Positions 49,180-59,638 of a DNA stretch of 64,000 bases are shown here, piece after piece. A program made the position numbers and the translations under genes. How positions within the stretch are numbered: the first letter of the stretch is position 1; every line of letters begins with the position of its first letter. Under the pieces are notes generated by a model. It had not been told where the DNA came from. It was given only the letters and a program-made list of their open reading frames with translations, and searched no databases. Source of the DNA: Clostridia bacterium (GTDB lineage Bacteria; Bacillota; Clostridia; UMGS1883); contig JAUNBL010000001.1 in assembly GCA_030527235.1 (NCBI GenBank), positions 76,911 through 140,910 on the forward strand. The letters run 5' to 3'.

Positions 49180-49722
49180 ATGTCAACAGTAGCAACGCTT
49201 TACAAAGAAGAGATAGCTCCTGCTCTTATGAAAAAGTTCGGATACAAGAGCACAATGCAGATACCTAAGCTTGATAAAGTGGTTATTAACATTGGTGTGG
49301 GCGAGGCCAAGGATAATCCCAAGGCGCTTGAAGCCGCAGCAGGCGACGTTGCCATGATTACCGGCCAGAAGCCTGTTATAACTAAGGCTAAAAAGTCTGT
49401 TGCGAATTTCAAACTCAGAGCAGGCATGAATATCGGTGTGAAGGTAACGCTTCGCGGCGAGAAAATGTACGAATTTGTAGACAGGCTCTTTAACATTGCT
49501 CTTCCGAGAGTTAGAGATTTCCGCGGTATTAACCCCAACGCGTTTGACGGCCGCGGCAACTATTCCCTCGGTATAAAGGAGCAGCTCATATTCCCTGAAA
49601 TTGATTATGATAAGATTGACAAAATCAGGGGCATGGATATCATATTTGTTACCACAGCTAAAACAGACGTAGAGGCGCGTGAGTTGTTAATGCTCATGGG
49701 TGCGCCCTTTACCAGAAGCTGA
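49180..49722 (+). CDS. rplE: 50S ribosomal protein L5
   Basis: [22 protein letters not shown]. Confidence 0.98.
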   Translation: MSTVATLYKEEIAPALMKKFGYKSTMQIPKLDKVVINIGVGEAKDNPKALEAAAGDVAMITGQKPVITKAKKSVANFKLRAGMNIGVKVTLRGEKMYEFVDRLFNIALPRVRDFRGINPNAFDGRGNYSLGIKEQLIFPEIDYDKIDKIRGMDIIFVTTAKTDVEARELLMLMGAPFTRS

Positions 49723-49738
49723 GGGGAGGTTTTATACA

Positions 49739-49924
49739 GTGGCAAAAAAATCAATGATTTTGAAGCAGCAAAAGCCCGCCAAATTTTCAACGCGTGCGTA
49801 TACGCGCTGCAAAATTTGCGGCAGACCCCATGCGTATCTGCGCAAGTACGGAATTTGCCGTATTTGCTTCAGAGAACTTGCGTATAAAGGTCAAATCCCC
49901 GGAGTCAGGAAGGCCAGTTGGTAA
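49739..49924 (+). CDS. rpsN: 30S ribosomal protein S14 (Zn-binding type Z)
   Basis: GTG start; RCKICGR...CRICFRE. Confidence 0.97.
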   Translation: MAKKSMILKQQKPAKFSTRAYTRCKICGRPHAYLRKYGICRICFRELAYKGQIPGVRKASW

Positions 49925-49951
49925 TAAGCTTTTGGAAAAGGAGGTTTACTC

Positions 49952-50350
49952 ATGCAGATAACAGATCCTATCGCGGATATGCTTACCCGCATACGGAATG
50001 CTAACAGTGCTAAGCATGCGACGGTTGACGTACCCGCTTCCAATATGAAAAAGTCCATAGCTCAAATCCTCAAGGATGAAGGCTATATAAAGGACTTTGT
50101 TGTGACGGAGGACGGTCGTCAGGGCATGATTACAATAACGCTTAAATACGGAGCTAACAAAGAGAAGGTTATTTCGGGTCTTGAGAGAGTTTCCAAGCCC
50201 GGACTGCGCGTGTATGCCGGCAGGGAAGAACTTCCCAGAGTTTTGAAGGGGCTTGGCATAGCAATTATCTCAACTTCAAAAGGCGTTATGACGGATAAGG
50301 CGGCGCGAGCCGAAGGGATGGGCGGAGAAGTTCTCGCGTTCATCTGGTAA
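49952..50350 (+). CDS. rpsH: 30S ribosomal protein S8
   Basis: [21 protein letters not shown]. Confidence 0.98.
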   Translation: MQITDPIADMLTRIRNANSAKHATVDVPASNMKKSIAQILKDEGYIKDFVVTEDGRQGMITITLKYGANKEKVISGLERVSKPGLRVYAGREELPRVLKGLGIAIISTSKGVMTDKAARAEGMGGEVLAFIW

Positions 50351-50380
50351 TCAATTATTTAGTTAGGTGGTGAAGTCAAA

Positions 50381-50929
50381 ATGTCGAGAATAGGTAAAAT
50401 GCCTATCACCGTACCTGCCGGTGTGGATGTAAAAATCGCAGACGGCAATGTTGTGACGGTAAAGGGACCCAAGGGTACGCTTTGCCAGGCGCTTCACGGT
50501 GACATGCTCATAAAGCAGGAAGGCGACGTTCTCACGGTAGAGCGTCCGAACGATGAAAAGAAAAACAAATCTCTTCACGGACTTACAAGAAGTCTTCTCG
50601 CAAATATGGTACACGGCGTAACAGAGGGCTTTTCAAAACAGCTTGAGATAAACGGCGTGGGCTACAGAGCGCAGAAGCAGGGCAATAAACTCGTTCTCAA
50701 TCTTGGCTACTCACATCCCGTTGAAATGGATGCTGTCGATGGAATCACCGTTGACGTGCCGGCTCCCAATACGATTATTGTGTCGGGTGCGGATAAGCAG
50801 GTTGTGGGCGAAGTAGCCGCAAAGATAAGAGAGAAGCGTCCGCCGGAGCCTTATAAGGGTAAGGGAATTAAGTATTCCGATGAGCGCATAATCCGTAAGG
50901 AAGGCAAGGCCGGTAAGGCTAAGAAATAA
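50381..50929 (+). CDS. rplF: 50S ribosomal protein L6
   Basis: [15 protein letters not shown]. Confidence 0.98.
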   Translation: MSRIGKMPITVPAGVDVKIADGNVVTVKGPKGTLCQALHGDMLIKQEGDVLTVERPNDEKKNKSLHGLTRSLLANMVHGVTEGFSKQLEINGVGYRAQKQGNKLVLNLGYSHPVEMDAVDGITVDVPAPNTIIVSGADKQVVGEVAAKIREKRPPEPYKGKGIKYSDERIIRKEGKAGKAKK

Positions 50930-50944
50930 GAGAGGAGATTTAAG

Positions 50945-51301
50945 ATGGTCAGTAAGCCGAGCAGCAATAAGGCGAGACTTAAAAGACACGGCAGAATCCG
51001 CCAACATATCAGCGGCACTCAGCAGCGCCCGCGTCTTTGCGTCTTTCGCAGTCTTAAAAATATCTATGTTCAGGTCATTGACGATGTTAAAGGCGTAACT
51101 CTCGTGTCCGCCTCCAGCCTTGAATTGAAGGATACTTACGGCGGAAACAAGAGCGCAGCTAAAGAAGTTGGAAAGCTGATTGCACAAAAGGCGACCGAGA
51201 AAGGCATCAGCGAGGTTATATTTGACCGCGGCGGCTATATTTATCATGGCAGAGTGGCAGAGCTCGCGGCAGGCGCCCGAGAGGGCGGTCTGAAATTCTA
51301 A
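50945..51301 (+). CDS. rplR: 50S ribosomal protein L18
   Basis: [21 protein letters not shown]. Confidence 0.98.
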   Translation: MVSKPSSNKARLKRHGRIRQHISGTQQRPRLCVFRSLKNIYVQVIDDVKGVTLVSASSLELKDTYGGNKSAAKEVGKLIAQKATEKGISEVIFDRGGYIYHGRVAELAAGAREGGLKF

Positions 51302-51317
51302 CAGAAGGAGGGAGATT

Positions 51318-51815
51318 ATGTCAGAGCGTATTGACGCATCAGCAATCGAAATTAAGGAAAAACTCGTTCATATAAACCGCGTTGCAAAAGTTGTAAAGGG
51401 CGGAAGAACCTTCCGTTTCAGCGCGCTGATTGTCGTTGGAGACGAAAATGGCCACGTTGGTTGCGGGTTAGGCAAGGCGGCCGAAATTCCCGATGCTATT
51501 CGCAAGGGTATTGAGGACGCAAAGAAGAACATGGTTTCTGTTCCTCTGTTGGGTTCTACCATTCCGCACGAAACTATCGGAGAATTCGGCGCGGGCAAAG
51601 TTTTGCTTAAGCCTGCCAAGGAAGGTACCGGAGTTATTGCCGGCGGCGCTGTAAGAGCGGTTGTGGAGCTTTGCGGAATTAAAGACATCAGGACAAAGTG
51701 CCTCCGTTCAAACAATCCGAGAAATGTTGTTAAAGCTACAATCGAGGGCCTTTCCTCGCTCAAGTGTGCGGAAGAAGTTTCGCGTTTGCGCGGTAAAGCC
51801 ATCGAGGAACTATAA
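51318..51815 (+). CDS. rpsE: 30S ribosomal protein S5
   Basis: [19 protein letters not shown]. Confidence 0.98.
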   Translation: MSERIDASAIEIKEKLVHINRVAKVVKGGRTFRFSALIVVGDENGHVGCGLGKAAEIPDAIRKGIEDAKKNMVSVPLLGSTIPHETIGEFGAGKVLLKPAKEGTGVIAGGAVRAVVELCGIKDIRTKCLRSNNPRNVVKATIEGLSSLKCAEEVSRLRGKAIEEL

Positions 51816-51828
51816 GGAGGAGTAACAA

Positions 51829-52008
51829 ATGGCAAAGCTTAAAATTACTCTGAAAAAGAGCGTAATCGGCTGCAAGGACGACCAGATAGCTACCGTGAAA
51901 GCTCTCGGACTCAAAAAAATACGCAATACGGTGGAACTTAACGACACTCCGCAAATTCGCGGCATGGTTAAGAAGGTCATCCACCTGATTGATTGTGAAG
52001 AAATCTAA
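51829..52008 (+). CDS. rpmD: 50S ribosomal protein L30 (59 aa, not in ORF track)
   Basis: [14 protein letters not shown]...[10 protein letters not shown]...[11 protein letters not shown]. Confidence 0.95.
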   Translation: MAKLKITLKKSVIGCKDDQIATVKALGLKKIRNTVELNDTPQIRGMVKKVIHLIDCEEI

Positions 52009-52029
52009 CTTTAGGGAGGAGGAGCAGCG

Positions 52030-52470
52030 ATGAAACTCTATGAGCTGAAAGCCGCGCCCGGCAGTACTTCCAAGCCCAAACGCAAGGGCAGAGGTCCCGG
52101 CAGCGGCAACGGCAAGACGGCGGGACGCGGTCATAAGGGTCAGAACGCAAGGTCCGGCGGCGGAGTAAGGCCGGGGTTTGAAGGCGGACAGATGCCTTTG
52201 TACAGGCGCTTGCCTAAGCGTGGTTTCACAAATATTTTTGCTAAAAAATATGTTGAAATCAATGTTTCGGAGCTCGATAAATTTGAAGACGGCCAGACGA
52301 TTGACGCAGATGTACTCAAGGAAGCTGGCGTCATAAAGAAAATATGCGACGGCGTTGTTGTAATGGGCAGAGGCGAGATTACTAAGAAGCTTACCGTACA
52401 GGCCGCAAGATTTACAAAAGGCGCTCAAGCGAAGATTGAGGCCGCCGGCGGGAAGGCGGAGGTGATCTAA
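52030..52470 (+). CDS. rplO: 50S ribosomal protein L15
   Basis: [19 protein letters not shown]. Confidence 0.98.
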   Translation: MKLYELKAAPGSTSKPKRKGRGPGSGNGKTAGRGHKGQNARSGGGVRPGFEGGQMPLYRRLPKRGFTNIFAKKYVEINVSELDKFEDGQTIDADVLKEAGVIKKICDGVVVMGRGEITKKLTVQAARFTKGAQAKIEAAGGKAEVI

Positions 52471-53754
52471 GTGTTTCAAACACTCAGAAACGCGTGGAAG
52501 ATTCCCGACCTCAGGAAAAAAATCCTCTACACGGTATTTTTGCTTGTAGTATTCCGTTTTGGAAGCCATATTCCCGTGCCGTGGATTGACTCGGCCGCGA
52601 TTTCTACGTGGCTTGATTCTGCGGATGGCAACTCGCTTTTCAATCTGCTTGATATGTTTTCGGGCGGTGCGTTCTCAAACGCAACGATTTTTGCGATGTC
52701 CATCTCGCCGTATATCAACAGCTCCATTATTATGCAGCTGTTAACCGTTGCCATTCCCGCTCTTGAGAGAATGTCAAAGGAAGGCGAAGAAGGCAGAAAG
52801 AAAATCACCCAGATTACACGTTGGCTTACGGTTGTTCTCGCGGCGCTTCAGGCATTCGGTCTGTATGTTACGCTGCACAACCAAAGCGCGATTAACGTAC
52901 CTGCGGGACTCCCCGGCTGGCTTGTTGCGCTGACGATTGTCCTTGCTTTTACGGCCGGTACAGCGTTCCTCATGTGGCTGGGCGAGGAAATCACGGGTAA
53001 GGGTATAGGAAACGGCATTTCAATGCTTATCTTTGCCGGTATTGTTGCGAGAATACCGACGATGGCGTATTCCGCGTATAACAATTTCAGCGAGTGGTAC
53101 TGGCTTGTTCTGCTTTTAGTTTACGCACTTGTCTCCATCATGTTTGTGGTGCTTGTGAACAGTGCGGAGCGCCGCCTTCCGGTGCAGTACGCGAAGCGTG
53201 TTGTGGGACGTAAGATGTATGGCGGTCAGTCAAGCTATATTCCGATTAAAGTCGCAATGGCGGGTGTTATTCCGATTATATTTGCAATGTCTATCATGAG
53301 CTTCCCCGGCACGCTTGCAATGCTTTTTGGGCAGAGCAACGGCGGTGTGCTTATGGACATTTCCAACTTTATAACGGGCGGCGCGCTGTATCCGCTGCTG
53401 TACTTCCTTTTGATTGTCGGATTCACATATTTCTACACGTCAATCACGTTTAACCCCGTAGAGGTTTCCAATAATATCAAAAAGAACAACGGCGCTATTC
53501 CGGGACTTCGCCCGGGCAAGCCCACAAGCGATTACATTGCCAAGGTGCTCTCACGTATTACTTTGGCGGGCGCAATATTCCTTGCAATCGTTGCGGTGCT
53601 TCCGATTATTATTTCGCTCTTCACAGGAAAGGCTCTGGCAGAGCTTACACTTTCGGGAACCTCACTGCTCATCGTTGTAGGCGTTGCGCTTGAAACAGTT
53701 AAGCAGATAGAGTCGCAGATGCTTATGCGCCACTACAAAGGCTTCTTGGAATAG
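52471..53754 (+). CDS. secY: Preprotein translocase subunit SecY
   Basis: GIGNGIS, GVIPIIFA, IPGLRPG, GTSLLIVVGV. Confidence 0.98.
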   Translation: MFQTLRNAWKIPDLRKKILYTVFLLVVFRFGSHIPVPWIDSAAISTWLDSADGNSLFNLLDMFSGGAFSNATIFAMSISPYINSSIIMQLLTVAIPALERMSKEGEEGRKKITQITRWLTVVLAALQAFGLYVTLHNQSAINVPAGLPGWLVALTIVLAFTAGTAFLMWLGEEITGKGIGNGISMLIFAGIVARIPTMAYSAYNNFSEWYWLVLLLVYALVSIMFVVLVNSAERRLPVQYAKRVVGRKMYGGQSSYIPIKVAMAGVIPIIFAMSIMSFPGTLAMLFGQSNGGVLMDISNFITGGALYPLLYFLLIVGFTYFYTSITFNPVEVSNNIKKNNGAIPGLRPGKPTSDYIAKVLSRITLAGAIFLAIVAVLPIIISLFTGKALAELTLSGTSLLIVVGVALETVKQIESQMLMRHYKGFLE

Positions 53755-53766
53755 GATTGGTTTAAG

Positions 53767-54399
53767 ATGAAACTCATTATTTTGGGCGCGCCGGGTTCCG
53801 GCAAGGGAACACAAGCTGAAAAGATTTCTCAAAAGCTTGGTATTCCCGCAATCTCCACCGGCGCCATAATACGCGAGACCGTTGCCGAGGGAACGCCTGC
53901 CGGAAAGGCGGCGCAAAAGTATATAGAGAGCGGTAACCTTCTGCCGGACGATGTCATAATCGCCATGATAGAAGAAAGGCTTGCTCAGCCAGATTGTTCA
54001 AACGGCTATATTCTTGATGGCTTCCCTCGCACGCTGCCCCAGGCAGAGGCTGCAGAGAAGATGGGTATTGAGGTTGACAAGGTACTCAGCATGGAGGTTG
54101 CTGACAGCGCTATTGTAGAGCGATTGTCGGGCCGACGTGAATGTGAAGCTTGCCACACCCCGTACCATGTCCTGTTTAACGCACCGGCAAAGGAAAATGT
54201 GTGCGACAAGTGCGCGGGCAGGCTCATCTGCCGAAAGGATGACGAGCCGGAAACGATTCAAAAAAGACTTAATGTATATCATACTCAGACAGAACCGCTT
54301 AAGGAGTTTTACGAGAAGAAGGGTTTGCTCGTAACGGCGCGCGGACACGAGGAAATATCCGATACCACGAAGGAAGTTTTCTCCGTACTGGGTATATGA
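53767..54399 (+). CDS. adk: Adenylate kinase
   Basis: GAPGSGKGTQ, LDGFPR, Cys-containing lid. Confidence 0.97.
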   Translation: MKLIILGAPGSGKGTQAEKISQKLGIPAISTGAIIRETVAEGTPAGKAAQKYIESGNLLPDDVIIAMIEERLAQPDCSNGYILDGFPRTLPQAEAAEKMGIEVDKVLSMEVADSAIVERLSGRRECEACHTPYHVLFNAPAKENVCDKCAGRLICRKDDEPETIQKRLNVYHTQTEPLKEFYEKKGLLVTARGHEEISDTTKEVFSVLGI

Positions 54400-54412
54400 T
54401 TGAAGGCGCAGT

Positions 54413-55168
54413 ATGATTAAACTCAAAACGGCAAGCGATATACGGAAGATGGAAAAGAGCGGGCAAATAGTGGCGATGGCTCTTGAAGCGGCGAAAAACA
54501 CTATAGCGGTCGGGATGACGACGCAGCATTTGTGCTCCGAGGTGGAAAACGCCATTCGTTCGCAAGGCGCGGTACCGTCGTTTCTTGGGTATCACGGATA
54601 CCCCGCTGCATGTTGTATTTCTATTAACGATGAGGTTGTGCATGGTATCCCTTCCAAGTCGCGGATTATCTGTGACGGCGACATTGTGAGTGTTGACGTG
54701 GGCGCCCTTTACGATGGATTTCATGGCGATGCCGCGAGGACTTTTGCAGTCGGCAGCGTTTCCGATGAAGCGAGACGCCTTATAGAAGTTACGGAAAAAT
54801 GCTTTTTTGCCGGCGCGCAGATGGCGCGCCCCGGAAACCACATCTCAGATATCTCACTCGCCGTACAGACACTTGCCGAGAGCGAGGGCTACGGCGTGGT
54901 GCGTGAGCTGGTGGGACACGGTATCGGTCAAGACATGCATGAGGACCCGGAGGTTCCGAACTTCAAAGGTGTTGGACGCGGAGTGCGATTGGTGAAGGGA
55001 ATGACGATAGCTGTTGAGCCCATGATAAATATGGGCGGCAAAGAAGTCGTATTCTCCCAGACCGATGGCTGGACCGTTACTACCAAGGACGGGTCGCTTT
55101 CGGCTCATTACGAAAACACCATGGCAATTACGTCGGAAGGGCCTCTGATATTAACGGTTTTGAGGTGA
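54413..55168 (+). CDS. map: Methionine aminopeptidase type I
   Basis: VVHGIP, GHGIG..MHEDP, AVEPM, SAHYENT. Confidence 0.97.
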   Translation: MIKLKTASDIRKMEKSGQIVAMALEAAKNTIAVGMTTQHLCSEVENAIRSQGAVPSFLGYHGYPAACCISINDEVVHGIPSKSRIICDGDIVSVDVGALYDGFHGDAARTFAVGSVSDEARRLIEVTEKCFFAGAQMARPGNHISDISLAVQTLAESEGYGVVRELVGHGIGQDMHEDPEVPNFKGVGRGVRLVKGMTIAVEPMINMGGKEVVFSQTDGWTVTTKDGSLSAHYENTMAITSEGPLILTVLR

Positions 55169-55172
55169 AACG

Positions 55173-55454
55173 ATGCTTGAATGCGGATGTGTTGTTCGTT
55201 CGCTTTCGGGACATGACGCAGGCGGGTGCTTCGTGGTGCTGCGATGCGGAAACGGTTTCGCATATGTGTGCGACGGAGCGCGAAGGCGGTTTGAGTGCCC
55301 TAAGCGTAAGAATGCAAAGCATCTTAAGCTTCTTGATGTGCAAAAGGTGCAGAGCGCCCAGTGCGACGCGCATGTGAGGCGCGCCTTAAAGAGCATCGGA
55401 GCGGTACGCACAAGAGGATATTTCAGATTAAAGGAGGAAGGCTGCTTTGTCTAA
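55173..55454 (+). CDS. KOW-domain RNA-binding protein (L14e-like)
   Basis: VVRSLSGHD...DG..R...PKRKNAKHL; typical position between map and infA. Confidence 0.8.
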   Translation: MLECGCVVRSLSGHDAGGCFVVLRCGNGFAYVCDGARRRFECPKRKNAKHLKLLDVQKVQSAQCDAHVRRALKSIGAVRTRGYFRLKEEGCFV

Positions 55455-55665
55455 GGAAGATGTAATTGAAATGGAAGGCACAGTTCTTGAATCGCTGCCC
55501 AACGCAATGTTTCAGGTAGAGCTTCTGAACGGGCACAGGATTTTAGCTCATATTTCAGGCAAGCTGAGGATGAATTATATTCGTATCCTGCCCGGCGACA
55601 AGGTTACGGTAGAGCTTTCTCCCTATGACCTTAAGCGCGGCAGAATAACTTGGCGTGCAAAATAA
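55447..55665 (+). CDS. infA: Translation initiation factor IF-1
   Basis: [24 protein letters not shown]. Confidence 0.98.
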   Translation: MSKEDVIEMEGTVLESLPNAMFQVELLNGHRILAHISGKLRMNYIRILPGDKVTVELSPYDLKRGRITWRAK

Positions 55666-55683
55666 AGCAAGGAGGTAATTTTG

Positions 55684-55797
55684 ATGAAGGTAAGGCCTTC
55701 GGTAAAACCCATTTGCGAAAAATGCAAAATCATCAAAAGAAAAGGCAAAATTATGATAATCTGCGAGAACCCCAAGCATAAGCAAAAACAAGGCTAA
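55684..55797 (+). CDS. rpmJ: 50S ribosomal protein L36 (37 aa, not in ORF track)
   Basis: [37 protein letters not shown]. Confidence 0.97.
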   Translation: MKVRPSVKPICEKCKIIKRKGKIMIICENPKHKQKQG

Positions 55798-55948
55798 GCC
55801 AAACGCAGACGCGGCTGAAACGCTTATAGGGCGTTTGTTTGCAAGAGGCTGATTAATTGTAAGCAAAAAAGCGGTGTACGGCTTGAAAGAGAGCGCAGTG
55901 AGTGCTTTGTTTCAAGTTGGGAGTCTAAAGAAAGGATTGATTTATTGT

Positions 55949-56317
55949 ATGGCAAGAATCGCCGGTGTTGATTTGCCCAGAGAAAAGCGTGTTGAGATTG
56001 GTCTCACATACGTTTACGGCATAGGCAGAAGCAGCGCTAATAAAATCCTTGCGGAGACGGGCGTTAATCCCGATACCCGAGTAAAGGATTTAACCGAAGA
56101 AGAATTGGCAAAGCTGCGCGACGCTATTGACAAAGAGTATACGGTTGAGGGTGACCTCCGCCGTGAGCGTGCTCTTGATATTAAGCGTCTTATCGAGATA
56201 GGCTGCTATCGCGGTATCCGTCACAGAAAGGGACTTCCCGTTCGTGGACAGAGAACTAAGACAAATGCCCGTACGAGAAAAGGTCCCAAGCGCACAATAG
56301 CTAACAAGAAGAAGTAA
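55949..56317 (+). CDS. rpsM: 30S ribosomal protein S13
   Basis: [27 protein letters not shown]; start revised to ATG 55949. Confidence 0.98.
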   Translation: MARIAGVDLPREKRVEIGLTYVYGIGRSSANKILAETGVNPDTRVKDLTEEELAKLRDAIDKEYTVEGDLRRERALDIKRLIEIGCYRGIRHRKGLPVRGQRTKTNARTRKGPKRTIANKKK

Positions 56318-56330
56318 GGAGGAACGCGAT

Positions 56331-56726
56331 ATGGCTAAAACAGTAAAGCGTACTGTGCGCAAGCGCAAGGAGCGCAAGAATATTGAGCGCGGCGCAGCGC
56401 ATATTCGCAGTACATTCAACAATACTATTGTCACAATGACAGATGTTAATGGCAACGCGCTTTCGTGGGCTTCTGCGGGTGGTTTGGGATTCCGCGGCTC
56501 AAGGAAGAGCACGCCCTTTGCTGCTCAGATGGCGGCGGAAACTGCGGCAAAGGCTGCTATGGAGCACGGCCTGAAAGCAGTTGAGGTTTATGTAAAAGGG
56601 CCGGGAGCCGGTCGTGAAGCCGCTATTCGCGCGCTTCAGGCGGCAGGACTTGAAGTTAGCATGATAAAGGACGTTACGCCAATTCCGCATAACGGCTGCC
56701 GTCCGCCGAAGAGAAGAAGAGTTTGA
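56331..56726 (+). CDS. rpsK: 30S ribosomal protein S11
   Basis: [18 protein letters not shown]. Confidence 0.98.
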   Translation: MAKTVKRTVRKRKERKNIERGAAHIRSTFNNTIVTMTDVNGNALSWASAGGLGFRGSRKSTPFAAQMAAETAAKAAMEHGLKAVEVYVKGPGAGREAAIRALQAAGLEVSMIKDVTPIPHNGCRPPKRRRV

Positions 56727-56741
56727 TGGAGGTGTACTAAT

Positions 56742-57368
56742 ATGGCTAGATATACTGGTGCGGTGTGCAAGCTTTGCCGCCGCGAAGGTCAGAAGCTTTT
56801 CCTCAAGGGCGACCGCTGCTATACAGATAAATGCGCTTTTGTCAAGAGGAGCTTTGCGCCCGGTCAGCACGGACAGGGCAGAAAAAAAGTTTCCGAGTAC
56901 GGACTTCAGCTTCGTGAAAAGCAGAAGGTTAAGAGGTATTACGGAGTTTTAGAGAGCCAGTTTGCCAACTATTTTGAGATGGCGAACGCGCAAAAGGGAA
57001 TTACGGGCGAGAACTTGCTCACAATTCTTGAGAGCCGGTTGGACAATGTCGTTTACAAGGCAGGCTTCGCTTTTTCTCACGCAGAGGCGAGGCAGCTTGT
57101 CCGTCACGGGCATTTCACCGTTAACGGAAGCCGTGTAAACATTCCGTCTTATCTGGTAAAAGAGGGCGATGTTATTGCTATTGCCAACAAGAGCAAGTCT
57201 TCCGAGAAGATAAAGACCGTGCTTGAGAGTGCGGGCGGCAAGGTAGTGCCTGCATGGCTTGATGTAGATGCCGAGGCGGGTACCGTAAAAATCCTCAATC
57301 TTGCAAAGCGCGAGGACATTGACCTGCCCGTCAACGAAACTCTTATCGTCGAGTTGTACTCCAAGTAA
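56742..57368 (+). CDS. rpsD: 30S ribosomal protein S4
   Basis: [25 protein letters not shown]. Confidence 0.98.
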   Translation: MARYTGAVCKLCRREGQKLFLKGDRCYTDKCAFVKRSFAPGQHGQGRKKVSEYGLQLREKQKVKRYYGVLESQFANYFEMANAQKGITGENLLTILESRLDNVVYKAGFAFSHAEARQLVRHGHFTVNGSRVNIPSYLVKEGDVIAIANKSKSSEKIKTVLESAGGKVVPAWLDVDAEAGTVKILNLAKREDIDLPVNETLIVELYSK

Positions 57369-57418
57369 TACCCTATTCACTGTTTAATTAAATAAATAAG
57401 TAGGAGGGCTTATCTTTA

Positions 57419-58375
57419 ATGAATGATTTGAGATTTGAAAAGCCTCATCTTGAGAAAGTTGAGCTTTCGGAAGACGGTTCCTACGGAAAGTACACGGTAG
57501 CGCCGCTTCAGCGCGGCTACGGTACTACGCTTGGAAACTCGCTGCGCCGCATGATGCTCTCGTCGCTTGAGGGCGCGGCAGTAACCTCCATTAAGATTGA
57601 CGGTGTTCTGCACGAGTTCTCCATAGTTCCCGGTGTTACGGAGGACATTTCGGAGATCGTACTCAACATTAAACAACTTATTATAAAGCTCCATTGCGAC
57701 GGCCCCAAAACGGTATACATCGAAGCCGAAGGCGCCGGCGAGATTTGTGCTCGCGATATAAAGGCAGATGCTGATGTGGAAATAATCAATCAGGATCTTC
57801 ACATTGCGACACTTAATGAAGATGCGAAACTTTATATGGAGATTACCATAGGAAAAGGCAGAGGCTACGTTTCTGCCGAGAGGAACAAGGCGATGGGTCA
57901 GCCCTTTATCGGCCTTATTCCGGTTGATTCCATTTACACCCCCGTACCCAAGGTGAATTACTATGTGGAGAACACCAGAGTGGGGCAAAATACGGATTAT
58001 GACAAGCTTACAATTGAAGTCTGGACCAACGGTACAAAGACTGCGGACGAGGCGATAAGCCTTGCCGCGAAAATCATCAACGACCACCTTATGCTCTTTA
58101 TTCAACTCACCGATGAGGCGATAAATATTGAAACTATGGTGGAGAAGGAAGAGACCAAGAAAGCCAAGGTTCTCGAGATGACCATTGAAGAGCTCGACCT
58201 TTCGGTTCGTTCTTACAACTGCCTCAAGCGCGCCGGTATAAACACCGTTGAGGATTTGACACAGCGCAAGGAAGAAGAGATGATGAAAGTCAGAAACCTC
58301 GGACGCAAGTCCCTTGACGAGGTTTGCAACAAACTGCAGGCGCTGGGTTTGTCCTTCGCGCCCGACGAAGACTAA
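57419..58375 (+). CDS. rpoA: RNA polymerase alpha subunit
   Basis: [34 protein letters not shown]. Confidence 0.98.
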   Translation: MNDLRFEKPHLEKVELSEDGSYGKYTVAPLQRGYGTTLGNSLRRMMLSSLEGAAVTSIKIDGVLHEFSIVPGVTEDISEIVLNIKQLIIKLHCDGPKTVYIEAEGAGEICARDIKADADVEIINQDLHIATLNEDAKLYMEITIGKGRGYVSAERNKAMGQPFIGLIPVDSIYTPVPKVNYYVENTRVGQNTDYDKLTIEVWTNGTKTADEAISLAAKIINDHLMLFIQLTDEAINIETMVEKEETKKAKVLEMTIEELDLSVRSYNCLKRAGINTVEDLTQRKEEEMMKVRNLGRKSLDEVCNKLQALGLSFAPDED

Positions 58376-58391
58376 AGAAGGAGGTAATCAC

Positions 58392-58736
58392 ATGCCCGGC
58401 ACAAGAAAACTCGGACGCCCCACAGACCATAGAATGAGTATGCTTCGTGGTCAAGTCACGGCGCTCCTTGAGCATGGAAAAATTGAAACAACACTTACGC
58501 GTGCCAAAGAGGTTCGCTCCATAACCGAGAGAATGATTACGCTCGGTAAGAAGAACACTTTGCACACGAGAAGGCAGGCGCTTTCGTTCATCACAAAGGA
58601 GGATGTCGTCAAAAAGCTTTTTGACGAAATTTCTCCCAAGTATGCCCAACGCGCCGGCGGGTACACAAGGATATTAAAGACAGGCGTTCGTCGCGGAGAT
58701 GCTGCGCCGACGGCTATAATAGCCTTAGTAGATTAA
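58392..58736 (+). CDS. rplQ: 50S ribosomal protein L17
   Basis: [29 protein letters not shown]; start revised to ATG 58392. Confidence 0.97.
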   Translation: MPGTRKLGRPTDHRMSMLRGQVTALLEHGKIETTLTRAKEVRSITERMITLGKKNTLHTRRQALSFITKEDVVKKLFDEISPKYAQRAGGYTRILKTGVRRGDAAPTAIIALVD

Positions 58737-58739
58737 AAC

Positions 58740-58767
58740 AAACGGCCGGCAGGTAAGCCGGCCGTTT
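58740..58767 (+). terminator. Intrinsic terminator of the ribosomal superoperon
   Basis: AAACGGCCGGC-AGGTAA-GCCGGCCGTTT then CAATTTT. Confidence 0.8.
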
Positions 58768-58785
58768 CAATTTTGTGGAGTAGAT

Positions 58786-59598
58786 ATGAAAAAGCTGCTT
58801 ATAACAGACCTTGATGGAACTCTTTATGACTGGCTGAACTTCTTTGTACCTTCATTTTACGCAATGGCAGACAGTGTTGCCAAAAAAACGCTTACTCCGA
58901 TTGAAGAGGTACTTCGGGAATATAGGGAACTACATGTGAAATACAAAAATGTGGAACACCCATATACCACATTGGAGCTGCCTTGTGTGAGGGAGCGTTT
59001 TGGAAATCTTTCGCGAGATGAGCTCAAAGAGCGCCTCAATGATGCGTTTCATGCGTTCAATTCCATGCGAAAAAAAAAGCTTCGCCTGTTTGACGGGGCG
59101 GCGGAGACGCTGGAACGCTTAAAAGACGCATCTGTAACTATTGTAGGGTTTACTGAGTCTGGTGAAGAGAACGGTTACTACAGACTGCGAAAGCTCGGAA
59201 TAGACCAATGCTTTGCAAAGGTTTATGTGTGGGACAGTTACTATACAGCGCATCCTAAATCTCAAAAAACTGTGCGTTTGAATGTGAAAAAACCTTGCCC
59301 GGAAGTTTTGCACAGAATCTGCGAGAGCGAAGGCGTTGGTGTAAAGGATGCAATTTACTGCGGCGATAGTATGACAAAAGATATATACATGGCGCACTAT
59401 GCCGACATGGAATGCATCAGAGTATGCTGCGCTAAAGAGAATGAGGACAGCTACGAGAAATTAAAGGCAATTTCACACTGGACGCGCCGCGACTACGAGG
59501 AGGAGGCAGAGCGGCGAATCTGCATTGAAAAAGAGCATATCGAACCCGATTATGTGGTATACGATTTTGGACAGATAGAAAAAATAATTATTAAATAA
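58786..59598 (+). CDS. HAD-superfamily hydrolase
   Basis: TDLDGTL motif I, KKP motif III, YCGDS..KD motif IV. Confidence 0.88.
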   Translation: MKKLLITDLDGTLYDWLNFFVPSFYAMADSVAKKTLTPIEEVLREYRELHVKYKNVEHPYTTLELPCVRERFGNLSRDELKERLNDAFHAFNSMRKKKLRLFDGAAETLERLKDASVTIVGFTESGEENGYYRLRKLGIDQCFAKVYVWDSYYTAHPKSQKTVRLNVKKPCPEVLHRICESEGVGVKDAIYCGDSMTKDIYMAHYADMECIRVCCAKENEDSYEKLKAISHWTRRDYEEEAERRICIEKEHIEPDYVVYDFGQIEKIIIK

Positions 59599-59630
59599 AA
59601 GAACCAGCCGACCATTTTTCGGCTGGTTCT
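59599..59630. terminator. Bidirectional terminator between convergent HAD and GGDEF genes
   Basis: AAGAACCAGCCGA-CCATTTT-TCGGCTGGTTCTT. Confidence 0.8.
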
Positions 59631-59638
59631 TGCTATTG

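Noticed and set aside
45409-58649. Many long minus-strand ORFs (up to 269 aa) opposite ribosomal genes
   Set aside because: Antisense shadows of conserved, codon-biased genes; no recognisable motifs.
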